Assembly: GCA_964019335.1 (NCBI GenBank)
Contig: OZ025656.1
Coordinates: 783,692-847,691, forward strand
Direction: 5' to 3'
Source of the DNA: Diplonema japonicum
Lineage: Eukaryota; Protista; Euglenozoa: Diplonemea
Length of the DNA: 64,000 nt
A program made the position numbers and the translations under genes. Below, one piece after another: positions 51,609-62,083 of the stretch (position 1 is its first letter; the number at the start of each line of letters is the position of its first letter). The notes under the pieces were generated by a model. The model had not been told where the DNA came from and did no database searches. It saw nothing but the letters and a program-made list of their open reading frames with translations.

Positions 51609-53996
51609 ATGATAGCGAGGCGGCAGAGGAGATGGATGCTCAACAACCCCACACTCGTGAGCAAGAACCCGAAGGACTATGACAAGAGGCCAGGCTCAGG
51701 GCTTGAAAAGGAATTGGGAATGAGGGAAACTAGTAAGAAGCCGAGTTTTGTCAAAACGATAGGTGGCGCAGCAGCAACGAGGATCAAAGACGTTGCTTGG
51801 CACCCCTACAAGCTAGACCTGCCAAAGGTCAAACACGGAATGGACCACGACTTTGCCGTGACTTTCCCGAACCCCCTGCAACCTTATAAGTGTTATCCTT
51901 GGGACCAGTCTTACATGGAACAACAAGCACACATGAGAACTAGTTCAGATCTGGACGCAATCCCTTCGCTGTTTCGTGTCCACACGGCAGACGTGCTTCT
52001 GCATGAGATCAACTCAGAGGGAAGGGAAATCATTCTTGGGCCTAACGATATGGAGTCCTTGCGTGGCACCACCACAGGATGCATGCGATTCACGTTGTAC
52101 AAAGAAGGACTGAGGACAACACAGGCTATCTACTTCATAGCTAAACTGACTGCTATTCCTTTGACGTCCTTTTCCTGGTCTGTAGGCATGGACTCCAAGG
52201 CAGCAACAACGCAAGAAGTGACCGTGGACCTCGGCGACAACCCAGAAGAGACCATTAGCGGAATCGAGAAATTGCTCCTACCCAGCACAAAAATACCACG
52301 AGGTGTTATTCGTATTGGTAGCATAAGGCATTCAGAGGATGCCGTTTCACAAGGGGAGACAAAAGGGAAGCGTGTCGCAATGCTCCTTAGGAACGTTAGG
52401 GGTAGTGCCCAAGAGGTGAACGAAAGGCTTGAAAAGGTGATGGACGGGTACATCAACTACTTTGGTGTTGAGAAGTTCGGAATGACACAAGGGAAGAAGC
52501 CGCATGACGTGGCATCTGCTGTGCTAACGGGCAGATTCAAGGACGCTTTTTTCGCCGTTTTGGAGATGGAAGCTTTTATGAACCCGACAGTTGGTCGCAT
52601 TGTTCAGAATATCCAAACAAGAGAACAGGTGAGCCAAGGAATGATCGATATAGTGCCCAGCCACCTGCCTCACGTACGGGCATTGTTGTATGGCTTGCTG
52701 AAGTACAAGTCTTTCAAGCTGGCATACTACGCGGTGGCTCCTGCAATGAGAAAGATGTGGGAATCTTCGTTGCCTGCTCTAGTGTGGAATAAGTTGGCGA
52801 CAACGCGAATTGAGCGATATGGGAAAGAGCTGGTGGTGGGTGACGTGGTGTGGTTACGAGCTGAGGGTCGTGCGTACATGGTGACAGAGAACGACATCAA
52901 GAACGCAAATTTCACTGTTAATGACATCGTAATCCCTGTGCCAGGCGTTCCGGCTTACGAGAACGACACTTCGTTCTTCCCTCAGTTGGAGGGGTGCGAC
53001 TTTAACGCAGTTATGGCCGCTCTTGAGGAGCATGGAGCGCCTTTCCCGTTCAAACTTCCTAAGGAACATACCAGCATCCAGCCTGTGTACAGGCACCTGT
53101 TTACCGTGCCGCTCGGTTTGCAGTGGTGGATGTACGAGAATGAAACAGTTAACAACAGGGTAATCGCAACTGACCCGCACTCAGGCGGCTTGGGCGTGTT
53201 CCCCGGAGACGTAGTTTCCTGCAACGATAAGAACGTGTCCCAGCAGCACCCCTTGCAGACCAAAGGTTTGGTTGGCATGATGTACACTTTCGACTGGACG
53301 TGCGGTGAGTGCGGCGAGAGGAACGTTTTTCTTCGAGACAAGTGCACCGGTTGCGACGCAATGAAGGAGCTCAGCGTCACAAACGAGGAGCGATCTTACC
53401 AGCAAGCCATCAACGGAGACTTGAAGAACTGTCACTCCCTCTACGTCTCCTTTGCCATCCCGCATACATCGTATGCATCGGTAGCACTGCGCGAAGCCAT
53501 TGCTCTTCACCCATGGAGGTTCTATCCAGATGGCTACTTTTATCAGGACGTAGTTGAGCCGTTGATGCAATTTCATATGGACAAGCACATTATATCAATG
53601 CCGCCTACGAAGGACGAGCTAAGGTTCGATAGCTGGCTTACAGAGACGAAGAGTAAGAATCTTAACGACACAACTTTGAGCGATGTGTTCCACATGCCGA
53701 CAAGCAAGGTGGATGAGTGGTACGATAGATATTCGTACACGCAAGACGCCTTGCCTAACGAGCAGCGGAGGGAAGAGCAGGAAGCATGGTGGAACATAGA
53801 TCTTGAGGTTGCTGCACCCTTCCAACCTCAAAAGTACATGCACGACACAGACACAGGTGGTGTTATTAGCGTCACAAAGAAGCAGCAGACACATGGCCGC
53901 ACGGTGCCACCTGAGAGGCATACTCTTCCCATTACTCCGTTACCTGCGTCTGTGAGGAACACTGCAGGAAGAGTGGGGCTCTTTACTAAGCGATAG
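51609..53996 (+). CDS. TruD/PUS7-family pseudouridine synthase-like protein with RanBP2 zinc finger
   Basis: RFTLYKEG, FSWSVGMDSKAATTQ, LRNVRG, GYINYFGVEKFG, WNKLATTRIERYG..LVVGD, FAIPHTSYASVALRE. Arg-rich N-terminus. Intronless. Confidence 0.85.
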   Translation: MIARRQRRWMLNNPTLVSKNPKDYDKRPGSGLEKELGMRETSKKPSFVKTIGGAAATRIKDVAWHPYKLDLPKVKHGMDHDFAVTFPNPLQPYKCYPWDQSYMEQQAHMRTSSDLDAIPSLFRVHTADVLLHEINSEGREIILGPNDMESLRGTTTGCMRFTLYKEGLRTTQAIYFIAKLTAIPLTSFSWSVGMDSKAATTQEVTVDLGDNPEETISGIEKLLLPSTKIPRGVIRIGSIRHSEDAVSQGETKGKRVAMLLRNVRGSAQEVNERLEKVMDGYINYFGVEKFGMTQGKKPHDVASAVLTGRFKDAFFAVLEMEAFMNPTVGRIVQNIQTREQVSQGMIDIVPSHLPHVRALLYGLLKYKSFKLAYYAVAPAMRKMWESSLPALVWNKLATTRIERYGKELVVGDVVWLRAEGRAYMVTENDIKNANFTVNDIVIPVPGVPAYENDTSFFPQLEGCDFNAVMAALEEHGAPFPFKLPKEHTSIQPVYRHLFTVPLGLQWWMYENETVNNRVIATDPHSGGLGVFPGDVVSCNDKNVSQQHPLQTKGLVGMMYTFDWTCGECGERNVFLRDKCTGCDAMKELSVTNEERSYQQAINGDLKNCHSLYVSFAIPHTSYASVALREAIALHPWRFYPDGYFYQDVVEPLMQFHMDKHIISMPPTKDELRFDSWLTETKSKNLNDTTLSDVFHMPTSKVDEWYDRYSYTQDALPNEQRREEQEAWWNIDLEVAAPFQPQKYMHDTDTGGVISVTKKQQTHGRTVPPERHTLPITPLPASVRNTAGRVGLFTKR

Positions 53997-54068
53997 CATC
54001 TTCATCAAGCTAAAATTTACTATTCTTTGAAAGTTGCTTGATTCTCCTCTCACTTCACCTCAAGGAAC

Positions 54069-55397
54069 ATGATCGATGACCCACCTGTGCTAAGCACGCT
54101 GACATGCCCTTTCTGCAAGGAGTCGTTTCCTTCCCAGGTCGTTACTGACCATGCAAACTACTGTTTAGATGCGAGTGGGTTAGCTGATGAAGTGAAGAAA
54201 AGGCGGAAGGTAGCCGCTGAGGCTCTTGCCCGGGAAGTAGAGCTTTCTAGAGCGAAAGGCGGGAACATTGGAGGGGGTGCGGGTAATTTTTTGCGAGGGA
54301 TGGTGAGCCAGAACAAGAACCGATTCCAAGAAGATGGATTTGACTTGGATCTCACGTATATCACGGAGCGACTGATCGCAATGGGGTTTCCTAGCCACGG
54401 AACAGAAGGCTACTACAGGAACCCTATCGATGAAGTGGAAAGGTTCTTTGACTCTCGGCACAGGGGACATTACAGAATATACAACCTATGCAGCGAGCGG
54501 CAGTATGACCACCCTGGGAGGTTCAACCGTGCTTACCGGCGCTTCCCTTTTGACGATCATAATGCACCCGCTCCTATCGACTTGGTCCCGCGTTTGTGTG
54601 CGGATGCTTCGGAGTGGTTGGCTAAGGACCCGCTGAACGTAATTGCTATTCACTGCAAGGCAGGCAAGGGACGAACAGGCGTTATGATGGCGGCTTTATT
54701 GATGTCGTCTAACAGCACATTGCGAAAGGCAGACGAGTCTTTGAAGTACTTTGGTGACTTGCGCACGTCGGACGGTAAGGGTGTCACCATCCCGTCGCAG
54801 GTACGATACGTACGGTACTGGGAAGAGATGCTCAGCAAGTACGACTCGAAGAAGCCACCTGGCAAGAAATTGCGCTTAGACAAGGTGTGGCTAGCATCAA
54901 TTCAAATAAATTGTCAGGTTGTAGTTCACGGGAGCATCAAGTATGGCGGTTGCGATCCTTACTTCTTGATACTTGACGGTCCATCTTCTGAGGAAATATT
55001 CGACTCACGCAAGAGATTCATAACAAAGCAGGTATACTGTTGCAAACACTCATACAGCAGAAACACAGGTGCAGCGTGAGGGGGGCTATGAGTGGGATGT
55101 CTTCAGCACTGGAAAGGAAGTTATCCTCAGTGGTGATGTGAAGTTTGTTTTTAAAGCCAAGGGGATCTTGTTCATCAGTGAGGACCACCTATTTCACTTT
55201 TGGTTGAACACAGGTATGCCATTCTATCCACAGTACACAGAACAGCTTTTGCACCCGAGCATGTGCATCTTGACAAGGCCCAGCTAGACAAGGCTTGCAA
55301 AGATACAAAACATGACACTTACAAAGAAGACCTTGTGGTGGAGGTGTTCTTCTACCCTGTGGGGAAACTTCAAATGCGATCCGAGGTTGTGCGGTAG
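54069..55397 (+). CDS. PTEN: PTEN-family phosphoinositide phosphatase (phosphatase + C2) with N-terminal UBZ-type finger
   Basis: VSQNKNRFQEDGFDLDLTYI, YNLCSER, FPFDDHN, HCKAGKGRTG, GVTIPSQ, GDVK..F, FHFWLNT. Three introns. Confidence 0.92.
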
Positions 55398-55505
55398 ACT
55401 TACGTATTTAGTGTCTAAAGGTGGTTTCTGGGTTCATGACTACAGGTTACACTGCATGCCAGCAACCAGACTGACCTTTCTAGGTCCAACTGTGTAGCGA
55501 CTGTG

Positions 55506-58500
55506 ATGAGTAGTAACTTGCATGCGCTTGGATCACCCAGTGCTTCTGAGTGGGGGTGGTGTATGACACAGGGTGCTTCTGGACAGGACGTTGTTGCTGA
55601 GGAAACATGGTTAAGGTCTTACTTGTGTGTGTGTAGGAAGCATCCAGCTTGTGTTGGAGCCGGCAGCAACAACAGTCTATTACGGGATTGGAACGGTGAC
55701 TTCCAAAACATACTTAGTTCGAGGTGCACACTGTCTTATCCGTACTACCGACGGGTTATCAGTGTTTTTGTCAGCGAATTTTACGAAGCGGTGGGCCCTG
55801 TTGTGGAGGCGATCATTGAAAACCTCCACAATGAGCACAGCAGCTCTGTCGATGACGTCGTCTGTGCTGAGAACGGCTTACCTAGTGCAACGTTCAACTG
55901 CGGAAACATCATATTACACCTTTCAAGCGACCCTACACTACCGTCTCGGGTAGTACGATGCGCTTCGCAGATATGCAATCTATCACGTGGCCCTTCTGAC
56001 GCAACTTCCTTGTTTTGCATGTTCTTAACATGCGGCGGGCATCGTGTCTTGGCTGTGGCGAAAATACCCCTCACGAAGCAGTTCCAAGAGATAGAGACAT
56101 CAGTGTTGAATAGGCTCGCAACTACGTTCCCTGCTGTGAGCAGCAAACACTTACTACTGGGAGACGATTTTCGTCAATATATCGTATGTCTGTACATGAC
56201 AAAGAGCATATCATAGGTTCCTCAATGCGCAATCTGTACCCGTGCCCCTGTTTCGCAGGGGACAGAATATGCTGAAAAGCTGGTTGCAAAGCTTGTGCAA
56301 AGTCCACAGCTTACGAGCATGTCGATGAGAGCACTGTTCAGATCGCACGGCGTAGCTTTGCGTCGCATGGGGGATATCTTCGAGCATACTGACATTCAAC
56401 GTGTGCCTCACATTCGGGACATGCTGCTCGTGGAAATGGTGTCGAGGACATTCAAGCAGTTTGGTGCTGTTGACTTGGCACGTCAGCATATTCGAGGTAT
56501 GCTATTGCTCGCTTCACCTTAGCTGCAGATGCCGATTTGCTTGAACATGTAACTCGATATCTCCGGACGGTACTATCAGACGGTGCTGATTGGATGAATG
56601 TGGTGGCACCTTTGGTAAAGTCAAAGTTTGGTGTTGACATCAGTACACCGCTGCAGAAAGCTTCTCACAAAGAGATGGCATCAAGGCTAGGGCACACGCT
56701 AGGCTTCGCTGTTGCGGGTATCAAGGTCGCATCAACGCAGCCTGCGGTCCAATCGTCGATAAGCTCTTACTTCGACACTGAGCTCCTGAGCTTCGACGCT
56801 CAGGACGTTCGAAAGCTCTTCCTCACAGAGTACCGGGAACAGGTTGCTGCGATACGCAACCTCTCAGCTGCTATGTTTCTCGCACAGCAGAGCAACGATA
56901 AAGAGTTACTAGAAGAATGCAGAGAGCGCTTATCAGAACTTGGGCAGTTAGGGGATGTGGACTCTTTAGAGGGGTCTGGTTACTGCGATGGATTTGATGC
57001 GCGACCTGTGTGTTGTGCGATCGAGTTAAGGCAACGGCAGGCGGACACTTTGCTGCAGAAGATGAGTGTCGTACGTGCCGTCAGCAAATGTGTACCTTTT
57101 TATATAGACGTGTCGCACGTTGAAATAGCACTTGCTTTGTTGTCAGAGGTAGTCCAGACAAGTGGAACGAACGAGCTTCACTTTGTAAATGAATATCATA
57201 CGCTTCTCATCGCGGCTGCAAATGTGTATGGAGGCAACCAGGAGTGGAGTCGTGCACTGAGGTATGTGTTATATGTTACGTTCATCCCTCTAGCGTTGTC
57301 ACGCGGTGCATGAAGCTGTGGATTTCTCATGGCGTGATCCTCAGCACCTTTAAAGCAGCTCGTTGCTATAAAGCTGCAAGTGAGGCTGCTAAGAAGTCAG
57401 ATCATACACTAATTGTTGAAGCTGTAGATGCGCTGGTTGGTCGGGAAATGCACAACAGTGACAAGGCTTGTTTAGCACTGTTAAAAGCCGAACTTGGAAG
57501 CTCTGGTGAGATTGGCGACATGTTACGCGAGGTTTGTGTTGAAATACCATCACTCATTTAAGGTCATCGGCGAAGACAGCCTCACCGACTACTTCGTCTT
57601 AACCTCACTTGGGAGGCTGGAACGGAGTAGTGGGAACTACAGTATGTTGTAATGTATGTACGCATCCACTGTTAGATGCTGCTGAGACTCTATTCAGGCA
57701 GGCACACACCAAAAGCAAGGAGGTGTTTAGCCACCGATCAGTCATGCTTGCAGAGGCCGTTTCTAGTCTTACTGAAATAACACAGCACAGGAATTCTATC
57801 TTAATTCAATCCTTTGCAAGGTGTCGGGTGGCTAAAGCTTGCCCGAGGCAGCCAAGGCCACAGAAGTACAAAAGTAAAAAGACTAAAGGGACCAACGAGG
57901 CATGGGGGGAGAAGAACAGACGTTACAACAAGGGGTATACGAGAAGCTTGACGAGATGGCTGGAGCAAGTGCCGAACACATCAGGAGCAAACGACGATCC
58001 TGTTGTACTGCAGCCACCGAGAACAATTGGGCATGTTCCATCAACCAAGCAGCTCGCCCCCATCCAGCACAACGACCTGCGCCATGCAAAGGAACTACCC
58101 GTCATCAGGTTATCGGCCAGGACAGACTCGAGTTTTGAGACACGAAGAAAGGAAAAGGCGGCAGAAGAGGACTTCCGGTGGTGGCTGAACAAGACACGTC
58201 TTCTGGAAGACAAGCTCGAGTCGTTGCAAAGACAGACGGAGAGGCAGATAGAGGCAACTGACAAGCAGCACGTCATCAAGAAGCAGCGGGAGGCATTAGC
58301 CTCACAGTTGGATCTAAGTAGAAATCTAGCTAAGCAGAAGCTCATGCAAAAAAAGGACCAGGTTAGGGTGACGCGTGAGTCCCTACGAATGGCAACAAGA
58401 GATGCCAAAAGAAGGTTGTTAAAGAAGAGGTATGAACATCACACGTTCAGAAAGAAGTTTGTACTTTGCAGGGGTCAGGTCAGGTCCAGTAGAGTAAGCG

Positions 58501-58844
58501 AAGCTGAGGTGAACAGGTCCAGCATAGCTACGTCGGTGTTGGAGTCGCACAAGAATCGGGCAGAAACAGCAAAACAAGTAAAGGTATAAGTTAATTTTAG
58601 CTGGTCGTGAAACCACCGGAAACAGCTCCAGAAGCTTGCGCTAGCCGATCAAAAGACACGTAGGATGCTGGACAATGAGATGCTCGTCTCAACGATGGTC
58701 GAGGAGCGCATACTGAATTGCGTGGCTTCGCGGCAGTACTTCGAAAACGAGACCCTTCACTTAGTCCAAGGCAGCTCGTCTCTTCTGAAAGAGCTTAAGT
58801 CCTTGACAATAAGTAACATCGGCTATTTTCCACTTAATTACTAG
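55506..58844 (+). CDS. CLU (clustered-mitochondria)-domain-like protein with TPR-like, IQ and coiled-coil regions
   Basis: RDWNGDFQ (cf. CLU RDWNEEFQ); LFRSHGVALRRMG..F; EMVSRTFK; IQ-like IQSFARCRVAK. About 6 introns. Confidence 0.6.
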
Positions 58845-58867
58845 CACATCATAATCATTTCAGGAAT

Positions 58868-61800
58868 ATGTACCGATGCAGGTTTTTACTACAACGTTTT
58901 GAGAAAGCAGCGAAGGAGCTGCTCGATGAGCAGCAGCGGATCCTTGCCGACCATGCGGCAGCGGACAAGTTGCGGACAAACCTGGTCGATGGCATGCGTG
59001 TTGCGGAGACAGCAGAGGATTGGACAGAAGATTGGAAAGCCGAACAAGAGGAACAAGTGGCGAGCAAAGTTCGGGCTCAAGAAAGGCTGAAGACAAGACC
59101 CGAGTTCGGTGAAGATATGAGGGAGAGTGCAAGAGATAGAGAAGAGCGGCTTTACACTGAAGGACGGTATGACCATGACACAGCAGTAGAACTAACAAAC
59201 AACAGGCTTCCTTCGAACCAGCTACCACCTCACCCAAAGGACTTCGATGACATTGTGCGAAGGGTGCGATATTCACACCTTATGCCTATTCCTGAGGTTC
59301 CAAGAACCGTCGGCAGTAGGCTCTTTGTGGCAGAATCCTTCCCGTTGCTGACGTCGACTGTTGATAACCTTCTCGCCATCCCTGGTGTTACTCTGCACCA
59401 GCTCTGTTTGCTTCCTATAGGGGTATGTATTTTTTGGAACAGAGTAGAAAACAACAGGAGCACGATAAGCTGCTAGAAGACAACTATCTCACGCTTGATG
59501 CTTCGCAGTACATTGAGCCAAACGAAGCAGTCAAGCACGTAGCTAGTAGGCTCGCACCAGAAGTCAAAGAAGCACAAGAAATAGAAGCGGTTAAGGAGGT
59601 TTATGTGAAAGAGGTAGCCGAGACGACGGAGCGCAAGACAAGCGATACTGATGTGTTTGCAGGCCAGTCAGCTTTGATGGACGCTGTCCCTGATGACCTT
59701 GAGAATAGAGATAGGCATGAGCGTGCTGTTGGGCCGCCAAAGCCAGTGAGACTGAGAAAACGGGAAAGGTCTCTTACGTCTAGTCAGGCACTGCAGGCAG
59801 TGGCCTTGCTGTGTGACTTGCCGGTTGAAGAGGCACTGCCTGCTGTGATCAATGCTGTTGGCGAAACGAGGGACATCTCTTACGTGACGTATTACTGGAA
59901 CATGGCCCGAAGCTTGATACCTGAGAAGGCTGACCTCCCGTGGGATGCCTACATCGGGGCATTAGCGATGTGTGACGAGAACCAGGTGGAGACTGCCTAC
60001 AACACAGTTGAGGAGCTGAAGGAATGTGGTATCACTCCGAGCATTGAAGTGTGGAATAATATGATGCTGTGTTATGTAAGAAACTTTGACTCCGAGTCTG
60101 CACTAAAGGTATGCTGTGTGAATCTAGCAAGGCACAAAGGTTGCGGAGAACATCAGGATGTACTCCACTGTCGAGCCCAACCATACCACGTTCCTCTTCA
60201 CGTTGCGTGCCCACCGGGACGACCTGTCAGTCGACACGGAGGCCAATGCCCGGAGGGCAATGAACGTGATGTACGAAATGACTAATGTTTACCGGTTAGA
60301 GCCAACGAGATTGCATTACGAAGCTTTGATCCAGGTAATTGCTAAGCTCGGCGTTAATGCCACGTGGTATCTTGAGGTTCAAACTCAGACAAAACAAATG
60401 AAGCATTTAGGTATGGAACGATTTTTTTTGCTTGTTGTTGGACAAGAAGAAGCCTTAGCATAAGTGATACAAAAAAACAAGGTATCCCGTGGTCACCAGT
60501 CATTTACGAAGAGCTGATGTGGGTTGAAGCCTGTCGGGGCGACATAGAAAAGGTGAGGGAGCTGTTTCTGACATATAGAAAGCGAAAGCTGCCACCTACC
60601 GACCGTACCTATTCAGCGGTATGATGCACGTCTCGAAATACCACCACAGATCATACAAGCGTATGCCACAGCAGTACCGGCGGACGGTGTACTGACTCCT
60701 GGAAGAAATCAATGGGCACGTACACAGCGTGAGGAGTGGGAGCAGGAGCACGACTCACCACTTCCTCTTGATGCATGGCGCGAGCAATTGTACGTGGAAG
60801 GACTCGCTGTTTACAATTTAGCCAAAAATCACGACGCTCCCCTGAAAAGGACAGTGTACTCTCTGCTCTCTATGGTTGCAGCTCTCAGACCGCGGGATCT
60901 GCGGGCAACGTGGGAGATGGAAGCAAAGCACTTGTCTGAATCATACCCTCGCTTATATAACACGTACATTGATGGGCTACTTTCATCGGCCGACAAGGGA
61001 GACCAGGAGGCACTAGATGACGCAGAGGAGGCGTTTGTCACTGCCACGCACATGGGCCTTCGAGTGCACAAACGTACATACATCAAGATGATGGAGGCGC
61101 ATATTAAGACAGGGAGAGAGGGTAGTGTGGATGTGGCACTGGACTACATGCATGCCATGGAAAGGAGCGGGCAGAGCATGACAGCAAGCGCTGTTGGGAA
61201 AATAAAGAAGTTGATCGACGCGATGGGACCAAAGCGAGACGCTATCCGCAGGGCGAGAACGCTTACAAAACGCAGATCATCGCTCACGAATAGCTTGTAT
61301 CCTGACAAGGAGCGTGTGCTTCGGGCGTCAGGGGGGAATGTTGACATGCCTGGCCTCACTCCTGACGGTTTTGTGTTCCCGGGGTCTCCAACCGGTGTGA
61401 ACCCCGATGGGACTCTTGCCGGAGAAACATTCGAGGAACGACGAACTGCCTTGGCACAGCTAGGCCATCAGCCCGTCCATATAGAAAATGCTGCTGAACT
61501 TCGTGCAGTGGACAAGGTCGGTGATTGGATGGCGTACGCTGCTCGCAACCCCAATGTAGACTTTTCACCTGACCACCCATCTTTTGATAAGGTGCTTGCA
61601 AACAAAAAGCAGGCAAAGGGTTCCGGGGCAGTAATGGGCCCGCTTTCTTCATCTGAAGCCTTGCTCTCCATGGAAGCGTCTCAGAAGCCGGAAGATCTGT
61701 ACGACATGTCCAAGCCCTACTTCAGCAGAAGCTTTGCGCATAAGACCGACCATCCTTCTTCGTGGACGCGCGATCAGGTATGCAGTTTCATCCTTTCCAG

Positions 61801-62023
61801 CAAAAAGCAGGAGGCATTCATGAGCCAATGGCTGGAAACAGATGCTGGTAAGTCACACCAAGATGCAGTGCGTGAAGCAACAGTATGACAAATATTACCA
61901 ATGTACTTTTATTCACAGGATGCGCACAGCCACATCCCAAGGATACGGAAGGAACGAAACGAGAAATATCCAGATGAACGTTATGATGACTACGACGAGG
62001 AACTTGAAGTAAGTAATCAGTAA
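58868..62023 (+). CDS. Pentatricopeptide-repeat (PPR) protein, probably mitochondrial
   Basis: GITPSIEVWNNMMLCY, EPTRLHYEALIQV, PPTDRTYSAIIQAY, LYNTYIDGL, TYIKMMEAHIKTG...ALDYMHAM. About 6 introns. Confidence 0.85.
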
Positions 62024-62083
62024 TCAAGTAGATATTATTTGGAACTTTGGGCCGCTTGTCCCTATTAACACGACAGAAGTCAT

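Noticed and set aside
11046-55397. Apparent clustering of ubiquitin-related genes (F-box, RING, UBR, UBZ) and of putative mitochondrial RNA factors
   Set aside because: Neighbours in euglenozoan directional clusters are generally functionally unrelated and these classes are common; no shared regulatory motif seen.
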